In this document: positions 1 through 10,172 of the stretch, piece after piece
Position numbering within the stretch: position 1 is the first letter of the stretch
Layout: each line of letters begins with the position of its first letter
Notes under the pieces: generated by a model
Told to the model about the DNA's origin: nothing
Databases searched by the model: none
Seen by the model: the letters and a program-made list of their open reading frames with translations, nothing else
Program-made: the position numbers and the translations under genes
Assembly: GCA_965215335.1 (NCBI GenBank)
Contig: CBDCDA010000001.1
Span: 1,664,001 to 1,728,000, forward strand
Origin: an uncultured Candidatus Entotheonella sp.
Lineage (GTDB): Bacteria; Tectomicrobia; Entotheonellia; Entotheonellales; Entotheonellaceae
Reading direction: 5' to 3'
Length of the DNA stretch: 64,000 nt

Positions 1-369
1 GTCATGCTGGTGTTCCTCGGCATGTTCCTGGACTGGGTGGGCATCCTGCTGCTCACCGTGCCCATTTTCGTGCCGATCATCGAATCCATGGCCTTCAACG
101 GGCTGCTGGGCGGCCCGGCAGTGGACGGCAGGGACGAGATCCTGTGGTTCGGGGTGCTCTACCTGGTGAACATGCAGATGTCCTTCCTCAGCCCGCCGTT
201 CGGCTATGCCCTGTTCTACCTGCGCGGCGTCAGCCCACCCGAAATCACCATGGCGACCATCTTCAAGGCGTCGCTGATCTTCCTGACCCTGCAAGCCGTC
301 GGGCTGTACCTGTGCGTGCAGTTCCCGTGGATCGTCACTTGGCTGCCGCACGCGATTTACGGGAACTGA
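1..369 (+). CDS. TRAP transporter large permease DctM-like, C-terminal part (5' end outside window)
   Basis: Hydrophobic ORF with GMFLDW..ILLLTVPIFVP and NMQMSFLSPPFGYALFYLRG motifs typical of DctM. Confidence 0.9.
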   Translation, partial: VMLVFLGMFLDWVGILLLTVPIFVPIIESMAFNGLLGGPAVDGRDEILWFGVLYLVNMQMSFLSPPFGYALFYLRGVSPPEITMATIFKASLIFLTLQAVGLYLCVQFPWIVTWLPHAIYGN

Positions 370-375
370 CCCGGC

Positions 376-987
376 ATGCTGCGGCGCCTCGAGCAACACG
401 TCGTCGCCCTGCGGGCCTGCCGCTCGTGCCCCGCCATGCAGTCCGCCCCTGTCACCGGCTCGGCGGTGGTCAGCCGGGTGATGCTGGTCGGCCAGGCGCC
501 CGGCGACAAGGAACCGGCACTGCAACGGCCATTCGCCTGGACGGCCGGCAAGGCGATGTTCAGATGGTTCCAGGAAGCCTGCGGGATCGACGAAGCCGTG
601 TTTCGCTCGCGCATCTACATGGCCGCCGTATGCCGGTGCTTTCCCGGCAAAAGGCCGCGCGGCGGCGACCGCGTTCCCAGCCCCGGCGAAATCGCCAACT
701 GCTCGCGCTGGCTGCAAGCCGAAATGGCCTTCCTCAAGCCCGCGCTGGTGATTCCCGTGGGCAAGCTCGCCATCGCACAGTTCATGACCTATAGCAGTAT
801 GGAAGCCCATATCGGTCAGCAGACCCGCTGCACCTACGCGCATCACGCTTTCGACGCCATCCCGCTGCCGCACCCGTCCGGCGCTTCGCCCTGGCCGCGC
901 GTCGAACCCGGCAAGACGTTGCTGCGCACGGCCATGCAATTGATTGCCGCGCACCCGGCGTGGCGCCATCAGACGACGGTCGGTTGA
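376..987 (+). CDS. Uracil-DNA glycosylase superfamily protein (family 4/5-like)
   Basis: CxxCP, VMLVGQAPG, CRCFPG, C-terminal LPHPSG. Confidence 0.85.
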   Translation: MLRRLEQHVVALRACRSCPAMQSAPVTGSAVVSRVMLVGQAPGDKEPALQRPFAWTAGKAMFRWFQEACGIDEAVFRSRIYMAAVCRCFPGKRPRGGDRVPSPGEIANCSRWLQAEMAFLKPALVIPVGKLAIAQFMTYSSMEAHIGQQTRCTYAHHAFDAIPLPHPSGASPWPRVEPGKTLLRTAMQLIAAHPAWRHQTTVG

Positions 988-1057
988 GGAGCGGCCAGCC
1001 CTGAAGCTGTCATGGCCGCCACCGATGGAATCCAACTTGTGAAGGAAGGAGGAACGC

Positions 1058-1972
1058 ATGGTGGACCGCATTGCCTCCCTGCTGCCGAGCAGCACGGAAA
1101 TCGTCTGCGCGCTGGGTCTGCGGGAGCGCCTGGTCGGCGTCTCCCACGAATGCGATTACCCCGCTGACGTCGTGGGCCTGCCGGTGTTGACCGAGCCGAA
1201 ACTGGACCCGCGCGGCACCAGCGGTGACATTGATGCACGGGTGCGCGAGATCGTGCAGGAGGGGCTGAGCGTCTACCGCCTGAACACCGACGCGCTGCAG
1301 GATTTGAAACCGGACGTCATCGTCACGCAGGACCAGTGCGAGGTGTGCGCCGTTTCCCTGCCCGACGTTGAAGACGCCGTGCAGTGTTTTCTGACGTCCG
1401 ACGTGAAAGTCGTGTCGCTCAACCCGGAGAAACTCAGCGACATCTGGCGGGACATCCGCAACGTCGCCGCGGCAACCGGTCAAGAGGAAACCGCCGCGAC
1501 CCTGATCCGGGACCTGGAAGCGCGCCTCCAAAACCTCGCAGACAAAACGCGGCACCTGCCGCGCCCGCGCGTTGCCTGCCTGGAATGGCTCGATCCCCTG
1601 ATGACCGCGGGCAACTGGATTCCCGAGCTGGTGGACATGGCGGGTGGCGAGTATGGCCTCGTCGAGGCCGGCGCGCCTACGCCGTCCATCACCTGGGATA
1701 TCCTGGTCGCCTGCCAGCCGGAGGTGATCGTGATCACGCCGTGCGGCTTCAAAATCCCGCAGTCGCAGGCGGACCTGCCGCTGTTGACGACGCATCCGCA
1801 GTGGCAGGCGTTGCCGGCCGTGCAAGCAAACCGGGTGTTCGTGGCGGATGGCAACGCCTATTACAACCGGCCCGGTCCGCGCATCGTGGAAAGTGCAGAG
1901 ATTCTCGCCGAGATGCTGCACCCCGAAGCCTGCGCCGGCATGGCGGTGGCGGGGTCTTACGTGCGGGTGTAA
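1058..1972 (+). CDS. Cobalamin/Fe-siderophore-type substrate-binding protein (BtuF-like)
   Basis: RIASLLPSSTEIVCALG, GVSHECDYP, YNRPGPRIVE; RBS GGAGG upstream. Confidence 0.85.
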   Translation: MVDRIASLLPSSTEIVCALGLRERLVGVSHECDYPADVVGLPVLTEPKLDPRGTSGDIDARVREIVQEGLSVYRLNTDALQDLKPDVIVTQDQCEVCAVSLPDVEDAVQCFLTSDVKVVSLNPEKLSDIWRDIRNVAAATGQEETAATLIRDLEARLQNLADKTRHLPRPRVACLEWLDPLMTAGNWIPELVDMAGGEYGLVEAGAPTPSITWDILVACQPEVIVITPCGFKIPQSQADLPLLTTHPQWQALPAVQANRVFVADGNAYYNRPGPRIVESAEILAEMLHPEACAGMAVAGSYVRV

Positions 1973-1984
1973 GCTCGGCGGGCG

Positions 1985-2734
1985 TCAAGACAGAAGAAAC
2001 CCGACCAGCAAGTCGTTGAATGCGTCGGCCTCGTGGAGATGAATGCCGTGCCTGCCGTCGGGGAACACGTGCAGACGCGCTCCGGCGATCCCCGCCTGCA
2101 GGAACTGCGCGTGAAACAGCGGCACCAGCGGGTCTTTCCCACCATGCAGCAGAAGGGTGGGACAGGTGACCTCCACCAGGCGCTCGCGGCACAGATCTCC
2201 GCCCGCCTTCAGGAGCCGCTGCTGCGCGTCGCACCAGCGGCTCCATAGCGTCTGGAAGTCATCGCCATACATCGCCCGCAGCGGCGCTGCCGCGCGCGGG
2301 GACCAATCCGCCACGCAGCGCGTCGTCTCGTAGGCGTCGATGTCTGTCTGCGTGACGTAGGCATTGCCGCCCCAGATGGCCATCCGGGTCACCCGCCGCG
2401 GGTAGGCCAGCGTCAGCAGCAGACCGGCAATCGCCCCGTCGCTCCATCCGCCGACCGCGTAGGTCGAACAGCCCAAGGTCTCCATCAGCGCCGCAAAATC
2501 GTGCGCGTCCTGCTGATAAAAATCGGCCGGGAACGCGCGCTTCGGGGGGCGGGATCTGCCATGGCCGCGCGGGTCGGGCGCAATGACACGCAGGCCACGC
2601 CGCGGCAGCATTTCGAGTTGCGGCGCGAAGTCCGATTGCCCGGTTCCCAGCGCACCGGGCAGCAAGAGAAGGGGCAGCCCTGCCCCGAGGTCTTCATAAT
2701 GGAGTCTGGCACCGCGGATGTCTGCGTATGGCAT
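1985..2734 (-). CDS. Alpha/beta hydrolase (BPHL/valacyclovir-hydrolase-like)
   Basis: LLPGALG, DPRGHGRS, nucleophile GWSDG, GGKDP; start chosen at MPYADIRG after an RBS. Confidence 0.85.
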   Translation of the reverse strand: MPYADIRGARLHYEDLGAGLPLLLLPGALGTGQSDFAPQLEMLPRRGLRVIAPDPRGHGRSRPPKRAFPADFYQQDAHDFAALMETLGCSTYAVGGWSDGAIAGLLLTLAYPRRVTRMAIWGGNAYVTQTDIDAYETTRCVADWSPRAAAPLRAMYGDDFQTLWSRWCDAQQRLLKAGGDLCRERLVEVTCPTLLLHGGKDPLVPLFHAQFLQAGIAGARLHVFPDGRHGIHLHEADAFNDLLVGFLLS

Positions 2735-2769
2735 GCGTCCTCCCTGAGCCGGTCCACGCAAAAGGTCGC

Positions 2770-2850
2770 GCGGGTCAGATTAGCGCAGCGCAAGCCGACA
2801 TTCCACCGCGCTCCTGCCGTTGAATTACGCCTGCGGCCAATCCGACCTGC
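2770..2850. repeat. REP-like inverted pair (GYAGGTCGGATTAGCG family)
   Basis: gcgggtcagattagcgcagcgcaagccgac ... aatccgacctgc; related copies at 5193, 12477 and 62435. Confidence 0.6.
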
Positions 2851-2864
2851 GCATTTGCGTCGAT

Positions 2865-5048
2865 TCAGGCGGTACCGATCGGACCGCCGTCATCACGGGT
2901 GATCACGATGGTGGCGGAACGGGCGCGGCCCATTGCGGCTGGCAGCCGCGTGGCGTCGTCACCGTCCGGCCAGTGTCCCTCCGGGTGCTGGATGTTGACG
3001 AACATCGAGCGGCGGTCTGGCGTCATGTCGATACCGGTGATTTCGCAGCCGATGGGACCGACCAGGAAACGCCGCAAGCTGACGTCGTTGTTGCCGGCGT
3101 CGATGCCGCCGGCGTCCACCTCGCCGGGAACCGCTGCCAGCATCTGGTTGTGGTTGCCGTCGGGCTGGGTGCCGTCGGTCTGGATCCATAACAGGCCGGC
3201 CGCGTCGAACCACAGGCCATCGCAGTCGGTGAATTCGTTGTCGGCCGTCAGGCCGGAGAAATTCGTGTTCCCTGCCGCATCGGAACCGAAGACGAAGATG
3301 TCCCACGCGAACCCCAACGCAGCCGGGTCGTTGCCGTTTTCCCGGAAACGGATGATATGGCCGTGGGCGTTCGGGCCGCGCGGGTTGGCCGGCACCTCGC
3401 CGAATTCGCGGTCGGCCAGGAACTCCGTGACCTCGTCGCGTGTGCCCTGGTCCCCGGCAGCACGGGCAAGCGGGTCGGCATCCTCGAAACCGCGCCGGTC
3501 CGAGTTGTTGGTGAGCGTGAAATAGACCTCGCCATTTCTGGGGTTGACCGCGCCCCATTCGGGCCGGTCCATGGGCGTCGCGCCCACGACGAACGCCGCC
3601 GCGCGGGTGTGCACCAGGATGGACGCCAGGTCCCCGAACAACCCGGAAAACGGGCCATCAGGGTCCTCACCGGCCGCTTTCAAGTCGGGGTTGTCCGGGC
3701 ACAGCGGAATCCAGACGCCGACCTGGCGTCCGGTCAGGTCGTCCGCATCGAAGCGGGCCACGTACAAGGTGCCGTCGTCCAGGTAGGTATCACCGGTATC
3801 CAGGGACGCCCCGGCGTTGCTGGCGCGGTACGGCTCGGTGGAGACGAATTTGTAGATGAACTGCAACTGGTCATCGTCCCCCATGTAGAACACGACCGGC
3901 CTGCCATCGGCCACGTTGGCGGACCACACGCCTTCATGGGCGAAGCGCCCGAGCGCCGTGCGCTTGCGCGGCGCGGCCAGCGGCTGCAACGGGTCGATTT
4001 CCACGATGTAGCCGAACTGGTTGCCCTCGTTTCGGTAGTCCTGCGTGGCCGATTTGCCCGCCATCGGCGTGACGTTGAAGCGGCTGAATTCGTCGTCGTT
4101 CTCGTGCGCGTGACCGGCCAGGGTCGCCCATTCGTAGAGCCCGCCGGGAACGCGAACGCCGATACCGGCCAGGAAGTTCGCATAGCCGATTTCAGCCGGG
4201 ATTTCTTTCGACGCATCGCCGATCGTGCGCTCGTCGCGGAAGTACAGGTCGTAATTCTCTTCGCAGGTCAGATAGGTGCCCCATGGGGTATAGCCGTTGG
4301 CGCAGTTGTTCAACGTGCCGCGGCCGTCGAGGCCGTCCGGGCTGTATCTGGTTTGCAGCAAGTCACTGCCAGCTGCCGGGCCATGCAGCTCGGTGGGCGT
4401 CAAGGCGGTAATGCGGCGATTGTAGGGCGATCCCTTGACCACCGTGAACTGCCCGGTGGCCTCGTCGCGGACGATCTCGACGCAGGAAACGCCGTGGGCG
4501 CGCTGCTCCTTGCGCACTTCGTCGACACTGGCGCGGACACCGTCAGCGTCCCTGCTGACCTGCGCCGACGGGTGCATCAGATTCTGCTCGATATTCTCGT
4601 GGTTGACGCACAAAATGCCCCGGTTGCTGACGCCGGGATCCAGCTCGCCGTTCTCGTTCAGGCCAAAGAAGTGCATCCCGTCGTGATGGTCGCCGGCGCG
4701 GTCGTCCCACTCCGCAGCCGGTTCGGTACCCATCCTGGAATACGCGTCCAGGTGCGGACTGATTGGATCCCCGTAAGCGTAGAGAACCCGGGCGCTGTGG
4801 CCGTCCGGGATGGTAACCTTGTCCTCCTGGTTCAACGACACGACCTTGAAGTTGAAGGCCGGCGGTCCCGGCGGTGTGGGTCCCGGAGGCCCGGCGAGGG
4901 CCGCCAGGCCAAGGGTGGTGGCGCCGGCCAACACGCTGCGGCGGGTCGCCAGGTGGTCGATCCAGGCTGTCAGCGGTTCGCGCGTGACGGCCCGCTTCGT
5001 GGCATCGTCAGAAGGTGCCGACGGTGTTGACAACGGTTTTTCAGGCAT
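2865..5048 (-). CDS. phoX: PhoX-family alkaline phosphatase with Tat signal
   Basis: TRRSVLAG Tat motif, GDHHDGM, CVNHE, GTLNNCANGYTPWGTYLTCEEN, GRFAHE, MDRPEW, CEITG, VNIQHP. Confidence 0.9.
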   Translation of the reverse strand: MPEKPLSTPSAPSDDATKRAVTREPLTAWIDHLATRRSVLAGATTLGLAALAGPPGPTPPGPPAFNFKVVSLNQEDKVTIPDGHSARVLYAYGDPISPHLDAYSRMGTEPAAEWDDRAGDHHDGMHFFGLNENGELDPGVSNRGILCVNHENIEQNLMHPSAQVSRDADGVRASVDEVRKEQRAHGVSCVEIVRDEATGQFTVVKGSPYNRRITALTPTELHGPAAGSDLLQTRYSPDGLDGRGTLNNCANGYTPWGTYLTCEENYDLYFRDERTIGDASKEIPAEIGYANFLAGIGVRVPGGLYEWATLAGHAHENDDEFSRFNVTPMAGKSATQDYRNEGNQFGYIVEIDPLQPLAAPRKRTALGRFAHEGVWSANVADGRPVVFYMGDDDQLQFIYKFVSTEPYRASNAGASLDTGDTYLDDGTLYVARFDADDLTGRQVGVWIPLCPDNPDLKAAGEDPDGPFSGLFGDLASILVHTRAAAFVVGATPMDRPEWGAVNPRNGEVYFTLTNNSDRRGFEDADPLARAAGDQGTRDEVTEFLADREFGEVPANPRGPNAHGHIIRFRENGNDPAALGFAWDIFVFGSDAAGNTNFSGLTADNEFTDCDGLWFDAAGLLWIQTDGTQPDGNHNQMLAAVPGEVDAGGIDAGNNDVSLRRFLVGPIGCEITGIDMTPDRRSMFVNIQHPEGHWPDGDDATRLPAAMGRARSATIVITRDDGGPIGTA

Positions 5049-5192
5049 GCAGCAGTCCTCATCATCCAGAGCACGTAAGCCAGTCCCGAGCCTGTTCGCC
5101 TTGGGTGCGGACAACATCGTGTCAAACATGGACGTACACTGTGAAGAAGGCATGAACTCCCTGCGAAATTTTCGCAAACCGGCGCCCGGTCA

Positions 5193-5222
5193 GCAGGTCG
5201 GATTAGCGTAGCGGAATCCGCC
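5193..5222. repeat. REP-like palindrome
   Basis: gcaggtcggattagcgtagcggaatccgcc. Confidence 0.6.
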
Positions 5223-5243
5223 GTCGCACTCCAGGAGACCGCC

Positions 5244-5933
5244 ATGCTCCATTCTCGAACCGCCGGCTGCCTTTCCGTCATCGTTCCGACCCTCAACGAA
5301 CGGGCGTGCCTGGCCGCCACCCTCGATGCCCTTTTCCTGTCCCCTGGCGACGAGCTCATCGTCGTGGACGCCGGCAGCACCGACGGCACGCCCGGCATCG
5401 CCCGGCGGTACACGTCGAAATTCTACCAGGGGCCACGGGGCCGGGCGCAGCAGATGAACCACGGCGCCCGGCAGGCGCGCGGCGACATCCTGCTCTTCCT
5501 GCACGCCGACACGCTGCTGCCGGCCGGCGGCCTGGGGGCGGTGCGACGTGCCTTGCAACAGCCGGGCACGGTCGGCGGCGCCTTTCGCCTGAGCATCACG
5601 CCGGCAACCCCCGCCCTGCGCCTGGTGGCCTGGGGCACCAATCTGAGGAGCCGCTTCGGCGGCCTGCCGTATGGCGACCAAGCCCTTTTCGTCTCCCGCC
5701 GAGTATTCGAGGACCTGGGCGGCTACGACGACGTGCCGTTCATGGAAGACATCCGCCTGGTACAGGCGCTGCGGCGCCGCGGTCGCCTGGTCATCCTGCC
5801 GCAGGCCGTCGCCACCTCCGGGCGCCGCTGGCAGCGCGACGGCGTGCTCTTCACCACGGCGCGCAACCTCGCGCTCATGGCCCTGTACTTCTGCGGCGTC
5901 CGGCCCGCCACGCTGAAGCGCTGGTACGGGTAA
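5244..5933 (+). CDS. GT2 glycosyltransferase, TIGR04283-like
   Basis: SVIVPTLNE, VVDAGSTDGT, GRAQQMNHGA, LFLHADT, YGDQALF, MED, TSGRRW. Confidence 0.9.
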   Translation: MLHSRTAGCLSVIVPTLNERACLAATLDALFLSPGDELIVVDAGSTDGTPGIARRYTSKFYQGPRGRAQQMNHGARQARGDILLFLHADTLLPAGGLGAVRRALQQPGTVGGAFRLSITPATPALRLVAWGTNLRSRFGGLPYGDQALFVSRRVFEDLGGYDDVPFMEDIRLVQALRRRGRLVILPQAVATSGRRWQRDGVLFTTARNLALMALYFCGVRPATLKRWYG

Positions 5934-6097
5934 GACGGGCGCTCCGGAAACTTGACCGTTCTGCGGATTGGCCTGTTCTGGTATAGTTCAGAATTGAAGA
6001 TGATGTTAGTGTTGCCCGGTTGTGCTGGCTCACACGTATGATGGTGGGAGACCGCCACTGTCTCCATTTCTGGCCCCGATCCCTTTGAAGAGCTCCA

Positions 6098-6958
6098 ATG
6101 GCAACCACCGCTGCTGTCGCCGACGCCGTACCGCACTTGCAACAGGTCCCCTACTACGTGCCGCTGGCCGACGAGGTCGAGGTCTTTCTCGCCGCCTACG
6201 AAGCCCGCCTGCCCGTGCTGCTCACCGGCCCTACCGGCTGCGGCAAGACGCGCTTCGTCGAGTACATGGCGCACCTCCTCTATCGCCAGGAGACGCACGC
6301 CTCGCCGTCCCGCCGCGGCCTTGACGAACCGCTCGTCACTGTCGCCTGTCACGAGGACCTGAGCGCCAGCGACCTGGTCGGGCGCTACCTGCTCAGCGGC
6401 GACGAAACCGTATGGATCGACGGCCCCCTGACGCGCGCCGTGTGCAGCGGTGCCATCTGCTACCTCGACGAGATCGTCGAGGCCCGCAAGGACACCATGG
6501 TGCTCATCCACGCCCTCACCGACCATCGCCGCATGCTGCCGGTGGAAAAGCGCAGCCTCGTCCTCAACGCGCACGACGACTTCCTGCTCGTCATGTCGTA
6601 CAACCCCGGCTACCAGAGCGTCCTCAAGGACCTGAAGCCCAGCACCCGGCAGCGCTTCGTGTCGCTGGCCTTCGACTACCCGCCGCACGGCCGCGAAGCC
6701 GCCATCATCGCCCACGAAAGCGGCGTCGACAGCGAGACGGCGGGCGACCTCGCCACCCTCGGCGCCAAGGTCCGTCACCTGCGCCAGCACGGCTTCGAGG
6801 AGGGCGTCAGCACCCGCCTGCTGGTGTACGCCGGGCACCTCATCGGGCGCGGCATCCCGGCGCGGCGCGCCTGCGAGGTGGCCGTCTGCCGCGCCGTCAC
6901 CGACGACGCCGAGATACATCGCGCCATCGCCGAGCTGGTGGCGACCCTGTTTCCCTGA
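6098..6958 (+). CDS. CbbQ/NirQ/NorQ-family MoxR AAA+ ATPase
   Basis: [60 protein letters not shown]. Confidence 0.92.
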   Translation: MATTAAVADAVPHLQQVPYYVPLADEVEVFLAAYEARLPVLLTGPTGCGKTRFVEYMAHLLYRQETHASPSRRGLDEPLVTVACHEDLSASDLVGRYLLSGDETVWIDGPLTRAVCSGAICYLDEIVEARKDTMVLIHALTDHRRMLPVEKRSLVLNAHDDFLLVMSYNPGYQSVLKDLKPSTRQRFVSLAFDYPPHGREAAIIAHESGVDSETAGDLATLGAKVRHLRQHGFEEGVSTRLLVYAGHLIGRGIPARRACEVAVCRAVTDDAEIHRAIAELVATLFP

Positions 6959-6976
6959 TCGAAGCCCCTGGATGCC

Positions 6977-9900
6977 ATGTCCGTCAGCTGCTCTCCATCC
7001 CTGCCCCCTGCGCTCGAATCCCTGGCGACGGTATCCGCGTCCGTAGCCGAGTGCGCCCTGCAAGCCATGCCGGCCATGCGCGCCGGGCTGTCAGCGGCCG
7101 AGGTGGCGCACTGGCTGGCCTGGTGCGAGCGACTGGCGACGTGCGGCTGGCGCAGCGCCGAAAGCGCCGCGGCGTTCATCCGGGTGAGCCCGTTCCTGTT
7201 GCAGCGATTGTCCGCGGCGGAACTCTGGCCGTGGGCCGAGCACGGGGAAGCGCTGGCGCGCACCGCCACCGCTGCCGCCACCGCCTTCTTTCGAGCCACG
7301 CGCTCCTTCGTGCAGAAGACCTCCCGTGACGCCCTGTCACAATGGGTCGCCGATGGCAAGTGGTACCTGCGGCAACATCCGATTTTCGCGCCCTTGGCGG
7401 AAACGTATTTCGAGATCAGCCCGGCCGTGTACGGCCACTACGCGCTCGCCGACGCCCGGGCCTGGGGACAGCTGGGGCACGATTTCGCCCGCCTCGGCTG
7501 GCAGCCCGGGCGCGACTTCCTGGCACTCAGCCGGCGCCTCGTGGCGCAGGCGCCCGAGGTCGACCTCGCCCCGGCGTGGCAGCAGGCGCGCCGCATGCTG
7601 CCGCAGGCCGGCAAGCTGGCGCTGGAATACCTGGAACGCTACCCCGACTACGTGCAGCGCTTCGGTGAGGCCGGTGCTGCGGTCCTGCGCGACATCTTGG
7701 ACGAGATGCTGGCGCCGCGGAGCACGGACGCCGAGGCGTTTCTGCATCAGGCGGGCAGCACCCTGCTTCTGTTGCCGGCGACCGAGTGCCTGCAGGCGCT
7801 GACCTGGTGCCGGCAGATCAGCGCCGTCAGCCACGCCGGCGGGCTGGCTTTTCTCATCCATCTGCGCACCCTGCAGGAACGCCTGCCGGACAACCGCCTG
7901 CACGACTGGATCAGCGCCGGCATCGAGGCAGCCAGACGCCACGCGCCGGCCGGCGCGGCCTACTTCGCGCTTGAATCGGCGACGGCGCTCGACAACCTGC
8001 AGGCGCTGCAAAAACGGGTCGAGTTCGCTGCTGTCGAGTCGGTGCTGCGCCTGTACGCGCACGCCATCCTGGGTCGCCGCATGGACCTGAAAACCACCGA
8101 CGCGCTGCCGCAGGACGTGCTGCGCGGGAGTTCCGACCTGCCGACCTCGGACGGCATGGCCATTTACCTGCCGCCGCGGGTGGACGATTTCGACAGCGCG
8201 GCACGCAACTTCGGCGCCTACAAGGTCGCCATCCTGCACCAGGCCGGGTTTTACGAAAGCGGCACCTTGGCGTTCGACCTGGAGGCGTGCCGCCGCCGGC
8301 TGCCCGCCTTGCCGGCGGCGCCCGACGGTGCCGGGTCGTCGTTCCAGGGCTTCTTTGCCGCCTTTGCCGACCCCGACCTCGCCCGCAGCCTGTTCGCCAT
8401 CCTTGAAGACACCCGCGTCGATGCCTGGATCGCCCGTCATTACAAGGGCATCCGAGCCGACCTCGACCGCCTCATGCAACACGGCCGCCGCCAGCGGCCG
8501 CCGCTCCGCGGCATGCCGTTGCGCCAGGCTTTGCTGGAGGGCCTGCTGCAACTCAGCCTTGGCGCCGACCCGGCGGACTTCGACCCGCCGCTGCTGCGCT
8601 TGCTGTTACAGCGCCTGGCGCCGCTGGTGCAAGCGCTGCACACTGCCGCGGCTACGGTGTACGACAGTGCCGACGCCGTCTTGCGGGCCTACCGGCTGCT
8701 GAGGCGAATCCCGCACGACGCCGGCCTGACCTTCACACGCAGCGCCGCCGACCTGCTCTCGGCCCTCGACCCCGGTCTTGTGGACGACGCCGACATGCTC
8801 GCCTTGGCAGACCTGTTCCGCGCCGCTGGTGACGCCACCGACCGACTGCCGGCGCTGCCGGGTGGCGAGGCGCCGGCCACCGGCGTGGAGGCCGTGCCCT
8901 ACCGCGGCGCCGTCAAGCCCGACGTCATCGAGAAAAAGATGCGTCTGAGCGGCCTGGAAGACACTCTGGACCGTCACGCCGGCCTCAGCCCGCTGGCGCC
9001 GGAAACGCTCGAGACGCTGCTGGAAAACGACGGCCTCGACATCAAGAGCCTGCACCGGGGAGAGGTCAACGCCACCACCGGCCTGTTCGTCTCCAGCCTG
9101 CAAGGCCGCCCGGCCGGTGACGCCGCCGCGGCCCAGCGCGAATCCCGGCGCGAGCGAGCCGACCTGCTGTGCGTCGAGCCGGGCGAGGCGGAAGCCGAGC
9201 CCGTACGCCTGCCGCAGACCTTTCACTACGACGAGTGGGATTACCTGATCGGCGATTACCGCCGCGCCTGGTGCCGCCTGCGTGAAATGCCCCTGGGCGA
9301 CGGCGGCCCGGATTTTGTTGCAGGCACCCGCCGCACCTACACCGAGTTGCTGGCGCGGGTGAAGCGGCAATTCCAGTTGCTCAGGCCCGAGCAGGTCAAG
9401 ACCGTCAAGCCGCTCACCGACGGCGAGGCCATCGACCTCGACAGCGCCGTCCAGGCACTCGTCGACCGCCGTGCTGGCCACACCCTGGCAGACAAGGTCT
9501 ACGCCCGCCGCGACAAGCACGACCGCAGCGTCGCGGCGGTGTTCCTGCTCGACATGAGCGCCTCAACCGACGACAAGATCAAGGACCCAGCCGGCGACGG
9601 CGAGCCGCAGCGGCGTATCATCGATGTCGAAAAAGAGGCCCTGGTGCTCATGGCCGAGGCCCTCGAAGCCTTGGGCGACGCCTACGCCGTGTATGGTTTT
9701 TCCGGCTACGGGCGTGACCAGGTCGACGCTTTTGTGGTCAAGTCGTTCGACGAGCCCTACGACCGCCGCATCCAGGGCCGCATTGCCGCCATCGAGCCGC
9801 ACCGTAGCACCCGCATGGGGCCGGTGATTCGCCACGCCGCGGCCCGGTTGGGGCGCCAGGAAGCGCGCCTGAAGGCGCTGATCCTGCTGAGCGACGGCTA

Positions 9901-10138
9901 CCCGCAGGATGTCGATTACGGCCAGGACCGCAAGAGCAAGGACTACGGCCTGCAGGACACCGCCAAGGCATTGCAGGAGGCGCGACTCAAGGCGATACGC
10001 ACCTTCTGCCTCACCGTCGATCCCAGCGGGCACGATTATCTGCGGCAGATGTGCCCCGACCGGCAGTATCTGGTGATTGACGACATGGCGGCGCTGCCGC
10101 GGGAATTGCCCAAGGTGTACCGCGGCCTGACCGCCTGA
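6977..10138 (+). CDS. CbbO/NorD-like VWA protein with long N-terminal extension
   Basis: YDEWDY, MIDAS LLDMSAST, STRMGPVIRHA, LLSDGYPQD, FCLTVD, LPKVYRGLT; directly follows the AAA+ gene. Confidence 0.88.
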   Translation: MSVSCSPSLPPALESLATVSASVAECALQAMPAMRAGLSAAEVAHWLAWCERLATCGWRSAESAAAFIRVSPFLLQRLSAAELWPWAEHGEALARTATAAATAFFRATRSFVQKTSRDALSQWVADGKWYLRQHPIFAPLAETYFEISPAVYGHYALADARAWGQLGHDFARLGWQPGRDFLALSRRLVAQAPEVDLAPAWQQARRMLPQAGKLALEYLERYPDYVQRFGEAGAAVLRDILDEMLAPRSTDAEAFLHQAGSTLLLLPATECLQALTWCRQISAVSHAGGLAFLIHLRTLQERLPDNRLHDWISAGIEAARRHAPAGAAYFALESATALDNLQALQKRVEFAAVESVLRLYAHAILGRRMDLKTTDALPQDVLRGSSDLPTSDGMAIYLPPRVDDFDSAARNFGAYKVAILHQAGFYESGTLAFDLEACRRRLPALPAAPDGAGSSFQGFFAAFADPDLARSLFAILEDTRVDAWIARHYKGIRADLDRLMQHGRRQRPPLRGMPLRQALLEGLLQLSLGADPADFDPPLLRLLLQRLAPLVQALHTAAATVYDSADAVLRAYRLLRRIPHDAGLTFTRSAADLLSALDPGLVDDADMLALADLFRAAGDATDRLPALPGGEAPATGVEAVPYRGAVKPDVIEKKMRLSGLEDTLDRHAGLSPLAPETLETLLENDGLDIKSLHRGEVNATTGLFVSSLQGRPAGDAAAAQRESRRERADLLCVEPGEAEAEPVRLPQTFHYDEWDYLIGDYRRAWCRLREMPLGDGGPDFVAGTRRTYTELLARVKRQFQLLRPEQVKTVKPLTDGEAIDLDSAVQALVDRRAGHTLADKVYARRDKHDRSVAAVFLLDMSASTDDKIKDPAGDGEPQRRIIDVEKEALVLMAEALEALGDAYAVYGFSGYGRDQVDAFVVKSFDEPYDRRIQGRIAAIEPHRSTRMGPVIRHAAARLGRQEARLKALILLSDGYPQDVDYGQDRKSKDYGLQDTAKALQEARLKAIRTFCLTVDPSGHDYLRQMCPDRQYLVIDDMAALPRELPKVYRGLTA

Positions 10139-10172
10139 GGGCGATCACGGCGCGCTGCCAGAGAGGGGAGAC

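Noticed and set aside
5244..5933. Arsenosugar or seleno-sugar biosynthesis cluster
   Set aside because: Only the TIGR04283-like glycosyltransferase is present, with no partner radical-SAM or TIGR04282-like genes nearby.
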